Source: Ascidiella aspersa
Lineage: Eukaryota
Reading direction: 5' to 3'
Length of the DNA: 64,000 nt
Assembly (NCBI GenBank): GCA_963924565.1
Contig: OZ004609.1
Location: 17,298,001-17,362,000, forward strand
Made by a program: the position numbers and the translations under genes. This document shows, one piece after another, positions 1 to 14,500 of the stretch (position 1 is its first letter; each line of letters opens with the position of its first letter). Under the pieces are notes generated by a model. That model made no database searches. It was not told where the DNA came from and saw nothing but the letters and a program-made list of their open reading frames with translations.

Positions 1-1192
1 TATTAAAATGTATTTTTATTTATTCCCGGGGACCAGGAATTTAAATTAAAACAAAACACAGGCGTCTACATCTAACGATTGTTTAACTTAACAAGAAACC
101 ACATTATTTAAAAACACCGTTTGTCTAAAAAAAACAAATAAAGTTGAACTAATTCCTTCGAAGTACCACCTTCGTAAATAATGAAAATATGGATCTTTAA
201 ATGTTACTTCTGTGGACTTTGCTACCAGGGGCACTCACCTCCAATAAACATCAAAACAAGTAAAGAGAAAAGTGGAAGCAAAGATGGTAGATTTACATAA
301 CAACATCATTTTTTGTGGCACACCGTTTATCAGCAAACATACTCATAAAATGGCAGGTAGAACAGTATATAATTAAATGAGTTAATTAGTTTTTTATACT
401 CTTGTTTAGGATAAAGTTCATTTGGTTAGACTAATATTGTATCATATATTTTTGTATGGTGAAAGTTTTAGTATACAATTTCGATGAAAACACTTAAAAT
501 AGGCGTTTGGCATTACCTTTCTCTAAATGGAAGTAAGTGTATATCGTAACGCCTATACTTAAAAAGTTACTTTTCAACTCAGGTAAGTTCAAATATTGTT
601 AGAAGGATCGTTGTGCCCTTAGTCAATCCACAAGACAAAAAAGGACGTTGTCCACAAATTTAGCATACCATTCAAAATATTATTACGACGGCACGGCATG
701 CAAGGATTTCTCCTAAACATCCTAAGTGTTGGAATCCGTTTTGTTTGGGGCACGCATGATTTGTTTTAGGCAATGAAGGTCAAGGTATGACCACACTAAC
801 TATAAGTGTAACAGACGTACGCAGCAGTGAATACATTTAAACACAACCTGCGATTTAAGCCTGAAAACCCTTTCCTTGTTGCGTGCCGTCAGGTCTGCTG
901 ATCGTCCCTCTTAGCGTGCGAGTCGAGATCTATTTCTAAATCAGGATGCTTAGACCAGTCATTACGCACCAACCAATTCAAAAGCCGTCATCACAGCGCC
1001 CCAAATCTGTGCACTATTATGCTTTACACTATAGCATTTAGCAAGTGTCACGCACGTCCATTTCCGTAAGCTCGGATTACGGTTGTATTGAACATTTCTA
1101 CGGCAAAAAGTTCGCAACGTATAAACTTTCATAAGGTTAACTTAATATTTTACGCATTAATTTATCGTTGGTGCGCTTTATACAATATAACC

Positions 1193-1484
1193 CAGTGTTT
1201 CTCAACCTATGAGTCGCGCCCAAAAATTGGGTCGTCAATGGATTTGGTTGGGTCGCCAACTGCAGTATAGTTGTATTCGGTTAGATTTATGGAGATTGCT
1301 TCTGAGTATTTGTTCAATATTTAAGACCATTGCAGAAGCAGTACAAAAACGCGGCGTATATTAAGTGCATTTGCACTGATTGATTCTATTTTGTCACGTT
1401 TTTGTTTACCTACAAAATGTTCAGTGAAAACAATAGGTTTCATTTAGTTTGCGGGTCGCCACGAAAATAGGTTGAGAAAAACTG
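1193..1484. mobile_element. Non-autonomous hAT (Charlie-like) MITE, 292 bp
   Basis: The left TIR CAGTGTTTCTCAACCTAT matches the reverse complement of the right end (CAGTTTTTCTCAACCTAT) at 17/18. A perfect 8-bp TSD, ATATAACC, lies at 1185-1192 and 1485-1492. An 8-bp TSD with CAG...CTG termini is typical of hAT elements. Confidence 0.92.
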
Positions 1485-1597
1485 ATATAACCGATCATAT
1501 ATTGCGGACCCTAATTACTGTAATTACATATATTGGTCATAATGTATAATATGCTTTCTTTAAATTGCTCTACAGGCAAAAAAAATACATTCACAGG

Positions 1598-3148
1598 CAG
1601 GGGCGGATCTAGGGGGGCGGCGATATGGCCATGCCCCCCCTCCCCCCCCAAACTAAAAAATATGTACATTTTTTTACTTAATAGGCAGCTTTTTTTCGCG
1701 GTTCCCTAGGTAGTATGGCCTATTTTCGCCAAAATAAGGCATATTTTTAAGCTTTGTAGTGGTGTACGAGCTTATGGCGCCATATAATGAATATTTCAAA
1801 AAAATGGTAAAATTCGTTTCGCGCACTCGCGCAAAGCGGCGTTTTTCAGATTTGCAGAGACGGCTTAAGTGACCGTACGGTACGCTGACCTCGACTATAT
1901 AATAACCAACTTATATCCAAGTACTAAAAGCTTTTTTGTTGTTAATGCAAATCTGTATCAGAACCAGCCTGCACGAGTCCATTTTAAATACTTTTTGACT
2001 ATTTTAAGTGTGTAAATGCAAAAAATTTTCGCGCTTCGCGCTAATCATCTTTTTACATCCAGTGTGTTACATCACATTTTGATGCTCTTTTTGAACTAGA
2101 TCAGCGCTTCTTTACTGTTGCGCCGTGGAAAGCTGCCAAGTGCGTCGCGGACAAACGAAAAACGTATTCAAACATAATCGACAAACATTTTTTTTAAATG
2201 TAACAAAAACAAGAAAAAAAAAGAAATACCGGTATACCAAAAAAATCGCGCTCGCTTCGCTAGCCAGGTGTGCCCCAATTGGTTAACAAACACTAAAATA
2301 GATTAACTATAAAATTTATCGCGTTTTCTCAATATAGTTTTATTACACTTTTCAATATTAGTAGGGGGATGGCGACGTGTGGACTCGAATTTTAAACCAA
2401 GTATACGCTTTTTTAGCGAATTTGCGCCAAGACTTTACTGCCTCCTTAAAAGTAATTATAAACACGTTTTTAAAGTGCAAAAAAATCCGAGGCCCACCTG
2501 ATTCACATTTGTTATAAAGTTGTAATAACACAAAATATCATTTAACATATGTTGTGCGGCCCGCAGAGACCTTTCTGAGTTTGGTTTTAGCCCGCGACTA
2601 CTACACGTTGCCGACCCTTGTGTAAGGATTTGAATAACCTATCCAATGTTAGGATTAACTCTGCATAGAGTTTTGCTCATTTCAGCAACCTTATATGGCA
2701 AAAACCAGATACAGTAACATAAAAATTGAGAGAAGTGTTATAAAAGAACCACAGCTGACCGCAGCAGACAACGCTATGGTTTTATTGCGACGTGGCCTCG
2801 GCGCTTTTTCGGTGACATGTGCGGTTGCTCTCGCCTTTTCGGGAAAAAGCAAGATGTTTAGACAATAGACATGGTAGCGTCTTTCAGCGATATTCTTCAT
2901 ACCGGGTCAAACTAGGAAACCGGCCCACTGTAAAGGCTAACCTTATGACTTTTTCGTGCTTTCAAAAGGTCTGTTTTTCGCGTTATTTTGCAGGAGTTAG
3001 TTTATTCAACCAGCCGATGTTATTTTTACCTGAATTATGACGTCACGCAATGGTATACTTTTGTGACGTCATATCTGAAAAAATTGTGACGTCATATCTG
3101 AAAAAATTTCATAGCCCTCCCCAAACTGAAATCCTAGATCCGCGCCTG
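1598..3148. mobile_element. Non-autonomous hAT element, 1551 bp, composite with internal MITE fragments
   Basis: TIRs CAGGGGCGGATCTAGG and CCTAGATCCGCGCCTG match at 15/16. A perfect 8-bp TSD, TTCACAGG, lies at 1590-1597 and 3149-3156. There is no transposase ORF. Other MITE-like ends occur inside (about 2102, and ...GTTGCCGACCCTTG at about 2620), plus a 23-bp tandem duplication at 3061-3107. Confidence 0.9.
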
Positions 3149-6100
3149 TTCACAGGCAAAAAAGTCCACAGGCAAAAAAGATATATTTTTTATATGTTGT
3201 TATATTGTAAAATAATCTCTCGAGTGGCTCAAAGTTGAAAAACAAGCCAACAGTTTTTTAGCCATGGAGAAAACACCAAAAATTAAACGATGATAACTTC
3301 TTTTAGCAATTTTCGTTGTGGTTTTCGGGTAAACAACAAACACAAAAAAAGATGAATTATTTCGACTGTTTGCATAAAGCGCACCAGCATGCAGCAATTT
3401 GCAAAAATAAAATTTGGCCAACATCTCAAGTTGACCTTTTACCATTCCCATGCTGGCAAGTTTACACTTAAGTGCCGTACGCAGATTACGAGGCAAAATC
3501 ACCAACTAGCGAGTGGCAATCTCAAATTAACTACAATTTTTGCATTCCAACAAACCAGTTTAAACATAGTAATTAGGAACACGTTAAATACTGCATTAGG
3601 TCATGTCAAAGCAACCTTTCCGACTTAATTGTGGTGTATTTGTCGGACAGGTGTTATTGTTAACGAAACTGGGAAGCGAAAATAGAGCTCTTTGTTACCA
3701 ATTAAGTATACTTTCGTCGTTCAGTCTTCCTTCGCTACATAGGTGACATTTGCTTCTTGTTTTTGCCTTACTATTGGCTAAGGAAAATACAACGTATGGT
3801 TTACAAAGAAACCGAACTTTCCATTTGTAACCCGCTGCGAAAATCACGCAATTTATTGATTTTGATATATTTGTTGATATGATTATTTTAGGGGAACAAA
3901 AGTGGACCCCATTTAGTGGTGGTTAACCCCTGGGTCGACACCCAAGAATGGGTCGTGGTTCTTTTAAACATGGGTGTTTCCAACTGGGTCTTAAATACGT
4001 CACTAAAAGAGGACATTTCTATGTTTGTTTAATTCCTTAGGATAAGCTTAAAGGCGTTAAAAATATACACCCATAATTCAAGTGTGTGGTATTAAATCTT
4101 ATTTAGGGATATAGAAAGGAGAATAACGGATCCGAAGGATTCGAATCTCAAGGTATTCGAATTTAAATCCGCCTTCTGTTGCTGTATATCGCACAATACA
4201 AGTGCCAATTCCCAATATTGTTGCCTAATTTTCTGACTCCGATACTTTTACACCATAACTGTGACACAAACGGTTGCCAAGTTAAACAACAGGGACGTTA
4301 GGTTTCCTATTCAGAATACACTTGCAAATTAACGAGTTATTGTCGCTTGTGTGTTGAGAGGAAGTGTCCTATATAAGCGGCTTTCCTGTCAACTTGGTTT
4401 GCTATGCGAAGGTGGTCGACTGCGACCGGTGTTACATTTCCAGTCGTTTTATGTGATTGGAAAAAAATTCCGACATTTTCCAATACTGAAACAATTTTAA
4501 CATCAGTATAGGTTTTCTGTGGTAATTTAAACAGAAGAAATTGCAGTATTTGCTTTCTTTGCTTTAACACACAACTTTGTAACATTATTCTATTTAAATA
4601 GGCTACAGCAAGGTAATACAACAACGCGTGCAAGGTAATACAACCTCGCTAAAATATGGATATAAGGTTGTATACATATATTTAAAATAAAGAAAAGAAA
4701 AGTGCCAATTATACAAAAAGGGTTTACGGGGATATTTGCAGCCTAAAATGTATTACATTATCCTATTTGGCACTATTTGTGCCTTTGGATATTCACACCA
4801 CGATACCTGAAAGAACAAAAAGACAACTATTAAGCACTTAAGTAACAACCGGTTTGTGCGAATAACTGCTTAAGCAGGGCAAAGCCGTGCCTGCTCGAGT
4901 GCCTACAAACCTGCGTTTCCCGCTTCATAATAAAGGGTTAGGACAACGGCTAACAGGATTCTTCGATTAATTGCTTCCAGAAACAAAAAATCCTTTCACG
5001 CTGTGTGCACCGCAATTACGTGTAGTTGTGCCTTTTGCAACGTTAGGTGTATCAGCCAGAACGTGCGCCCGATCGACAACAATAATACGCATCCGGATTG
5101 GGGAAGGAAGTGATCATGTAATTTCGCTTTGCGCATCTGAGCATCACAATTTAGGATAAAATTAGGGGCGTTCGTCATGAGTGCGGTTCAAACTACAAAT
5201 ATTCTGGATAAAAAAGGTCGTTTCGTACGAGCCAACCAAATATTTTTGAAAGCAAGTTTTGCATTTGAATAACCGCAAACTATCAGTCGTTTGACAATTT
5301 ATGTTAGTAAGAGTCATAACATTACGTAAGCACGTATACGTTTTTTTATATACCGACAAACCTTCCACAACTATAAGGCCTTCATTATTCCCCGTTGGCT
5401 GCCAATCTCGGCTCGATTTAATTAGATACAGTTGCGGTTGCGCGACCAATTTGTAGTCTGCCGGTGTTTAGGCTCGGTGTAGCTGTTTTATTTAGATGAT
5501 TCAAGGCGCGACAGCACTGTTTTAGATTGCACCAATGACGCAAAACTGCGTTAAACGATGCTGGTCCATCATTCTTGTAAGTTTTCTTGTAATCCCACGC
5601 ACGGGCGCACGTCTTAAACCGCCTACATTCGTATAGTTTGTGTTTTGACAGCACCGCACGAAGCCGGTGAATGTGTAAGTTGGATGATAACTTCCGTTAA
5701 CTACAAGTCCTAGTGGTTTAGTTTATTGAGGCAGACAATGTTTACACGCTTCTGTAACGATTTGTGTTATCTCTAACAGTTAACAAAACTTCTACTACAG
5801 CATGTTGTGTCTAACGCTTAGGATAAGGTTTGTTATTGGCTAGGAGATAAGGAAACAGCGAAAATTTCAAGTTGTAACCGAACAAATGTTTTGTACTCAA
5901 TTTCGTCATGTTAAAAATACATCGTGGTTAGGTATTGACATAACATATGCCGTACTGATATTTTTTCATAATAATGACAGTGAGATGTACATTTTGACGA
6001 CCCTTATGGGCTTCATAATCAACATATGACCTTCAACGCAATAGTACTTGGGTTATAGGTATGTAGACATTAACTCTCGGAACGGCTACTTCCCTTCCCC

Positions 6101-9100
6101 TGCTCGGCGACAGCCAATCGGAGTGCGGCGCCTCAGTGGCAATCAAAGCCGCTCGACCGAATTACGCTTCCTGATATTATTTGCTCGCTAAGCGCCGTGA
6201 CGTGACCGGCTGTCGTCGGCGCAGATGCGAGTCGTCCCATACTGGCCAACACAGTTCGGCGATCTGCGACGTGCAGAAGCTCTTTACCATCAGCGGTCTC
6301 GCTCCGCCGCACACTTGTGTGTGGGGGTGAGGAGGGGTACGGCTGGGTAGGGGTGGGTTAAGTGGGCTTCAAGCAAAGCGACACGCAGCGCTGCCGAACG
6401 CGTTTCAAAAATTTGAATCATTGTTTGACAAACAGAAACCGTAAAAGAGCCGTTTCCTTTTTGGTCGCTGAGCGATAAATAACAATAGAAGCCCGACCAG
6501 GCAGTCCGCTGCACGGGGCTTTGAAACGGGATACCTGGCGGCCATGGGCGCTTGCCACGGTTTGTAGCCTCTTCCTTTGCTAGACCTCATTAACTGTGGG
6601 AGCTGAGGTTCAGGTTGGCTCGAGTTCAGAATGTTTCTACTGTTGGCAAAACTGCATGGTCTATATAGTGTCCTAAATTAGATTCAAGTTTGTCTGATGG
6701 GGTATGGCGCTGCTCTTTTATAGAAGTTAAAATCAAATTTCTAAGACTTTCTTTAGATATTAATATTTAACATTTAACTCTTATTTATAATTTAAACTAT
6801 AATAAGTATGCAGCTAATTTTTTGACTTGGCAAACAAAGTCAAAATTTTGTCAAAATTCACACGTAAGGTCAAAATTTGTCAAAACGATTTCAAGTCAAA
6901 ATCGTTTACAAAATCGTTACAAAATTTAAAAAAATGTAATAAGCTTTTTAAAATTTTCGTTCAGTTTAAAACTTTATTAAAATGTACTTTTGAACTACAT
7001 CCAAGAACACTTTACCGGTATTATATTTGCATTAGAGCAATATACGATATACGTTTAAGGCGTTTAGCGATCTTCGAATTGGCTGATAGTTATGTATTTC
7101 AGATTTGGACAAATGCGTTGAACAGTATTTGTGGTAAGTGTATTCGGTGATGATTTGCAATTATCACGTTTGCTATTCGATGATATATTACGACCTTTAA
7201 TTTTTTGCAATTAATTTTTACCTTGTATTTCAACTAAACTCTTAACTCGGCAAATACAAAAAATGACCGGTGTTTGTTTTTTCTTCGGCATTTCTCTTGT
7301 TTTTATATCCCCAAAGAATACGATTGACGACGCTAAGATACTAATGCAGTACTTCATACAACAATGTTTTCAAAACATATTTTTAGGTCAAAATTTATCA
7401 AAATTTTAACTTTATTAATCACTGTTGAGAGGTCAATCACTCGTTGCTAACTGTTTCGATTGATGCATGACACTACAATAATTGCATCTTATTTTTTCCG
7501 AAAAAGGTTTCAATCAAATTAACTATAGCTTTTCTAGTCTGAAAAAATAAATGGGTCAACAACAATTAAGCGAATCAACGAAAAACTATTACCAAGCTTG
7601 TAAATTTATCGTCACCTTTTAAGATGGTTAAGTTTAGTTTAAACCAAATTAACAAACCTTTCACATCCAACTAAAATTTTAACAATAACATGTTAAAATT
7701 ACTGGCAGGGTAAGGTAAAAATCAAAGGTAATAATCATGTTTTTAAAACAATAAAGCAATCCCAATCATATTCGGGATGCATAACTATATATAATTTATC
7801 GCTTCTTCAGGCTGAAATGGTAAAAGCTGTTTTTAATTATTTTATATTCGTGATACATTGTTATGAAAGTCTTGGTATATACTTTCGTGACGTTGTAGTA
7901 TTTATCAGAGTAAAATACGAATTTTAATAATAAGAAAAGAGAAAATTCCTGTTGCTGAATACAAAACAAGGCGTCAGTATATTTAATCGAACTGACATTG
8001 CGACACGTCATAATGACAACAGTAATATCCTTAAAACGGTTATAAAACAATGGTATTATCCGTAAGATGGCGATATTGAACACTTCTTGGTAAGCCAAAT
8101 CCAGGCGCTAGAATCGAATCGGCTACATCCATATTTCGTGAAGATCGCAATCTAATGTGACGGCGTAACCGGTATAATTCCTGTTTCGCATTTAATCAGC
8201 ATACAAAAAGCCGACGAAAGCTCATGTTGGTCATATTGGATGGCAAGTCACGCTTCATAAACAATGCCTCGATATTGCGCCTGCAACATTTCTGCCATAG
8301 ATAGTGAAGTTTGATAGTTGGAAAACTGCGAACGTTTGGAGGCGACCGCAAAAGGATAGAACAAGAGTTGACGACACGAAACTGAAGAACTGCTGAGTGA
8401 CCTGCAACTCCTTCGCGAGTTTACAACCCACAGAGCTGCGGCGACTACAGGCTGCGCCTTCCAACCGGGCTTCGCTCAGATTACGGCGAGCAGGGCCATG
8501 TTTTCTCAATGGGCGTTAAAGACAGCCCGGCGTAAGACAAAATTCCTTCCGCTCTTTGACAGGTGATCGTTCAACGCTATCATAAAGGCGGATCGTGTCC
8601 CAGCATTTCAGTCTCGAAAACAATGCTTGAGAACGCCTTTTTTCCAGTTGCGGATTTATATTTATGCGTTCGGCCGTTACATGCGGACAGGCGATGACTA
8701 ATTAAATTTTGCAATGCGTTATTGGTGAAGCATTGGTTAATAACAAGATTATAAAATTGTAAATAAAAAAATATTTTTTTCACAAGTAATTTTAGAAATG
8801 AATTAAATTGTGTTAGCCTTCTAATTTTGGTCGAAAATGACTAAAAACACTATCACGAGCCGGGTAACCGTTACGCTGCTTGTTTTTGTTTCCCTTAATT
8901 TTTGAAACTATTTTCCTAGGGAAGGCTATCCGTCAGTGAAGTGGCCACTCGTAGCGTAAATCGTCGTGCCGGGATGAGATAATGCCAAGTGATAGCCGGA
9001 AGAGCTAATGCACGGCGCAGTTGAGCCCTAATATACAATGATAAATTCAACTGTGACACCGCAAATGGCTATGCTGCCACAGGGCGATAAGCATCGCACC

Positions 9101-10689
9101 CCGATCAGTGCGGACGCGCCGCTCCTAGTTTGCGTGATCAACGGAACAAAGAGAACGGGAGCTTCGGTTTTAGGAAGATTTTTAGCGCCTGATAAAATCA
9201 GCAGACTTGGCGTGTTCGGACTGTCTTCATTTCCTCAGTGCGGACATTTTGGCGACCACGCACGACATAACATTACTGGAACAAATTGTGCATCTATACT
9301 CGAGATTTTTGCGCCACTTTTTAAAGATCTGCTTGCTATGAAATATATGATATTGTCGACTGGCCCCAATGTAATTTTAGAAAAATACATCATTAGTTAA
9401 CAATATAATACAAACTTTACCTGAAAATCAGCCTTTCAATTCGACAAGGCACTAAGTATATACCATAATATAATCAGTTATCCAATGTTCAAATTGTATT
9501 AAACTTTCGGATGATTACCTGCATGCCTATTTGTAATAAGAATATAGACTATTTTCCAAACTATTGTACAAACAGTCTCATTCAATCACGCGTTTATAGA
9601 TCACAATTTACGCGTCATTTTGCACGTTTTGTTCAGCGACGTCCAGGTGTTTGTTGCTCGCGTTGTTAAAAAACATTTCCATAATGTTTCTTTTTGGTTT
9701 CTATTCATCACAAGGCTTTATAACATTAATTGTTTGAGCTAAATTGGTTTAAAGTTCATTGGGGCTAACTTGCATTTTCGAATAAATGGGTTACCCAAAT
9801 CCTCCTTTTAGTCGTAATGTGTTTCTGGTTTTGCGGGCTGGATGGATGCAAAGGATTATGGAGGGATTTTCTCGTTTAGCCAAGCGGAAGCTAAACGTCG
9901 TCAATACTTGACAGGGCAGCGGCAAACGTTGAAAAGATAGGCAAATTGTTACCTGTCGGGACAGCTCTTACTATAATTTCGACCCACTCAATCCGGAGGG
10001 TTATCAGTAATGATGAGCAAACCCAGAAATGAGTCTTAGACGACTTTGTGGCTTTCGAGCCCTATGCATCAAGGGCTTTTAAAACCCACAAGCAACTTCG
10101 CAATAAAGAACATACTTGAATTGCACACATTCTCGCCATATTTAGCAATACGATAACCTGAAAAATGTTGCGTTCATTATCCCAAAGAAAAAAAAACTAT
10201 GCGTATGATGTAATCTGTATTAATCACTGTACATTCCAAATGTAAAACGTAACCTAATTAGTAGGGGAAGTAAACGTCATTAAAGTCATATTTTTTTGAT
10301 GATACAGAAACTTGTGTAAATTATATTGGTATGTGCTCTATTTAAGAAGTTACAAAGTCATAAAAGCCTTATTTTCTGTTTTAGGTAATAAAATATGACC
10401 TTTTTATTGTACTTGAAAATTATAATATTTGGCCCTAGTAATTTCGTAGATGTAGTTAAAGCAGCCCCTGAAAACATTGAAATTTGATAATTTGTGAATG
10501 AGGAAGGCAGTGAGACTTGTCATGCTGAATTTCCCCAAGGGATTCACGGAATCTTGTCACCATGACAAACATTTATTAATGGTGAAAGTTTTTGCATCAA
10601 GTTACCCTTGGTAAAATTAAATCGCCCAGATACAAAAGCTTTTTCGAGATTTGGGACAAAGATGCCTTTCGAAACTCTCTGTCGCCTGA

Positions 10690-10830
10690 CAGTTAAGGAA
10701 TGAAGTGAAATAAATGATCAGAAGTTCGCAGAAGTTTTGATTGAGAAGCCGTTGTTTTTTGTGATAGATGTTATCTAGAATAGAAGCTGATTTTGATGTT
10801 TGTTGAAGAGCTCTACAGCTCATAATTACT
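10690..10830 (-). mobile_element. Probable degenerate LINE (CR1/L2-like) APE-endonuclease fragment
   Basis: The minus strand reads TSKSASILDNIY (10799-10764) and then, after a frameshift, RTSDHLFHF (SDH at 10722-10714). This resembles the C-terminal S.lDNI ... SDH motifs of LINE endonucleases with plausible spacing. Identified by motif recall only; boundaries are approximate. Confidence 0.45.
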
Positions 10831-11193
10831 CGTTGAAGGAGTTGTCTGGATGCTGTTTACTAGGCCATCTAAGCTAAGAAACTTCCACAAGTAAATATAT
10901 GTTCTTTTTTAAAATATAAGTAAAAAATGAATGGGAGTTCTTCTTTTGGAGATTAGCATAAATGTGATTCTCAAAAGTAAAGTCCTATATTTCAAAAAAT
11001 AAAGTCATTTTTTTGACTAAAAAAATCGCCTTTTTAATTAATTCATGTTAAAATGTTTGCTAAAATAAGAAGACTAGGAAACCAATTGATTAGATAATGT
11101 TTGGAATACACTATTTTAATATTTTATTGTATCCAAACCGTTTAATTTTCTTCAAACTTTTCCTAAAATACCATATATCACAAGCCCCTAAAG

Positions 11194-11575
11194 CAGCCTT
11201 TCCTAACCTGGGGTAAATCTACCCCTGGGGGTAAATTTCCTTGTTTTGGGGGTAAATCCAAGGATAGGTATTCAAGCTCTCAATATTCGGGTTCCGTTAT
11301 CTTTACCTAACTTATACAAATGCGGCTTCTCTGCATTGCTTACTATAAAACCGAAACCAGGAAACCGACTTGAATGTGATATTCGTTGTGCATTATCTAC
11401 TACTTTACCAGACTCATTGCCAAAAAGCAACGGCAGCTGTCGCACTGAATATAACTCATGTCATTTTTTATTTTCGTTTTTTTAATAAATGAGCATCACT
11501 TTATATGTTGGGGGTAAATCTATTATTCATCTTTGTTGAAAAGATAAAACAAACAAAAAAGGTCAAGAACCCCTG
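11194..11575 (+). mobile_element. hAT (Buster/Charlie) internal-deletion derivative retaining the transposase C-terminus
   Basis: A perfect 8-bp TSD, CCCTAAAG, lies at 11186-11193 and 11576-11583. The TIRs CAGCCTTTCCTAACCT and AGGTCAAGAACCCCTG are imperfect (11/16), and there are GGGGTAAAT subterminal repeats. Positions 11276-11448 encode ...CGFSALLTIKPKPGNRLECDIRCALSTT, then after a frameshift RLIAKKQRQLSH*, which resembles the end of the hAT dimerisation domain. Confidence 0.9.
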
Positions 11576-14500
11576 CCCTAAAGTAAAACCAATACCTTAA
11601 ACAGTATATTTGAATTTCGTTTGGAATAAATGCAAAAGCTGTGTCATGCGAAAACTAAGTCGTAAAGCACGAAGGCAAGCATTTAGTATTGAAGTATTGG
11701 CGCCGAGAGAAGCAATTCGATGTTCGTGCGTCGTGTCGCCGACAACAGAAATGCGATTTAGAAAGCCTCGGAGCGATGGCGACCGGCGGAAAGGAAGTTG
11801 CGGCACATTACGGATAAACACCAAAACAAACGATCCGCGTCGAAATGCCGAGCTCTCTCTATTTTGGTAGTCTTGGTCGCTTCAGCAAATGAAGCAAGCT
11901 GCCACCGTCGAGTTATATGACATGCACGTTCAGTCATACACTTCTCAAGCAATGTTTGTATCCTGTGTATGACGAAGGTGCATTCCACTAAATCTAAAAG
12001 CGAGGTCCACGCACTCGCTCGGAGTTGAAGTCAAACTGGGTTTCCAATTAATACTGGATTTTCATCAAAAAAACAAAATTTTAAATTGAACTGCACGGTT
12101 TTGTAAGATGTGTCATCGGCCAACATAACGTAATGTACCGGAAAGATTGACCTTCAAAACAACCGATTAGGACTTGCGTGACAATATTTGCCACGTCATA
12201 TCGCGGTTTCCTGTTTCGGACAAAAGCCTCATTACGCGATCGCAAGTATGTGACGAAGGTCACTGCCCAGTGCCCGCACCACTGGCCTCGAAAGATGCGC
12301 GACCGGAACATGCCTAGAACCTGTCTCTATATATCGCCGGCTTCTTCAGAAGGCATTTGACGAACAAGCAAAATCCGATGATGGTAGTTTGTGTTGTGTA
12401 AGCTCATGTTCGTGACGGCTGGGGCGTTACCCTGTCGGCTGTGTACACCAACAACAAGGTAGCGGCCCTTGCATTAAACTTGTTTGTACAAGTTTGGCGG
12501 GGAAAAGCTGACAGTCAATTAATTCCGTTTCCAATGTAAAAAACAATTTATATATCAAAATAGGTATTAAGGCTTAGTATGTGTTTTAACAACAGAATCT
12601 TCCCCTCCAACAGAACACATAATGCCTACGATGAAAGTTGTAAATGTTTTTAATAGTTTCAGAAGGGCACCGCTTCAAACAACAATCAGTCAGCAAGGTC
12701 TAAAACTTTTAATATAAATATGCATTTCGCCAAAAAATAAATGGAATCGTCAGTTTATCTATAAAAATAAATAGTAAAAATTATTATAAAATAGGTATTA
12801 TGAGATTCAATATTTTCACAGAATTTGATTACTACTCAACAAAAACGATCTTGTTTTGAAATATACTAAAGCAGCTCTTAACTACATAAATAGAAAAATA
12901 TCACCTTTTTGTTGAATGCTCTGTATCCAAGGCATTTCATTTGTCAAAAGTTTGAGGAGAAAAATATAGACCTTAAGAAAAGTACGATAGGAAGCAACTC
13001 TGAGGCAATGATTGAACGACAAAACCAACGAACGGGGTGCCGCCCGTCCAACGCCAATCCGTTTCCGGTCATTTTCCGCCAATATGCAGAATGCTAATTA
13101 TGTTTCTCTACTGAATATCCGTACGGAGGTCTATATGCTAAGTTATAGCGGTCAGTGCACAAGCACTTAAGAACACTTATCTGCGTCTCCATCTTAAAGC
13201 TGAAGTTCGGTCTTCGTCAACCGGAATGCCAAACACTATCTTACAATCTCGCTTCGCCACTGCAATGGCGGAAAATCAACCGCTGGTTGTTGCTGGGGCA
13301 GCCAAAAGTGAACGCCTGACGGTCCTCACGTGGACAGTTCAAGAACATCACATGGCTTTTCAGAAAAAAAAACTACACCCCCTTCACTATAAAGTATGAA
13401 TAGGCGCATTTATGTTATACATTTTATTGCACTGTACAGAGTGTTACAGCGCTGGGATAATTGCCTACCCGAACGTCGAGGTAGTCCCTTAATTAAAATA
13501 TTATTTGTGAAAGTCAAATAAACCACGTCTCCTGGTTGTGTTATATCTATTTTAAGTGTGAAAACTATGAAAATAAGTCGACAAATTTACAGTGAAGTCT
13601 CATAAACAAAGTGCTTATCTAGGTCGTAGTAACATTTTATGGTCCAGAATACGTTAAAATTGTAGTACACAGAATGCTATTTTTGTTGCTTCACTGCAAA
13701 CTATATTGTATGAGACGAACTAAATTCCGTTTAATGCTTTTTTGTCAAATTAAATTTTGAGTTAAAAAATTAATCCAACCTCAGTTTTAAACTACAAAGA
13801 ATGCTTGATTTTTGCCCCCAGTGGTTTTGCCAACGGAAATCCGACACCGAGCTAGATTTAAACGCTTAGAAAGTCTGTAAGCGTGCTACGCGCTACTCCC
13901 ACGGTGTGCCCGCGAGAGGTGATATCCTGAGCAGGGGTTGCGCTGCGTGCAGCGGGGCCTATCTAAGAGGTGCGGGAACAAGCACCTACTGTTCGCCATC
14001 GCTGTGGTCCTGAGGGGCTTCGGGGGGTTTGTTTTCTTGCTATAGTGCGCTGCAGTAGAAAACTCACATGCATGAAAAAGGGAGTTGACGAGACGGTTTC
14101 GTTTGCATTGTACCTCCACTGATCGTTTCTCGCTCGTCAGGTTAGCCGCACAAGAATGGTTGTTGCAATAACGTTGGCGCCTTGCGTGCAGCTTATAGAC
14201 AACACAAACTGCCCCAGGAACGCAACTTGACCTGATAGGTCCTACTGTATCCCGGTTACGCGCTTGCACATTCGACAAGCAAACCAAGTGTGTTACTTAC
14301 ATAAGTTTGAGCCAACACGTCCCGGTGGTTTCCCGAATTTATGAACATTTTGCTACAAGTGGCATATGCGGAGAAGGTTGCCACTGCGTTACGTCGAGGT
14401 CTGAATAATGGTTTACGATGTTGTGTCAACATATTAGTGAACGTTTATTGTATTATTTCAAAGGTGTAGTTGCAATAAATTATTAAAATTATTATCGTTA

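Noticed and set aside
181-300. 39-codon ORF near the window start as a possible exon of a neighbouring gene
   Set aside because: It is short, has no recognisable similarity, and its splice signals are unconvincing.
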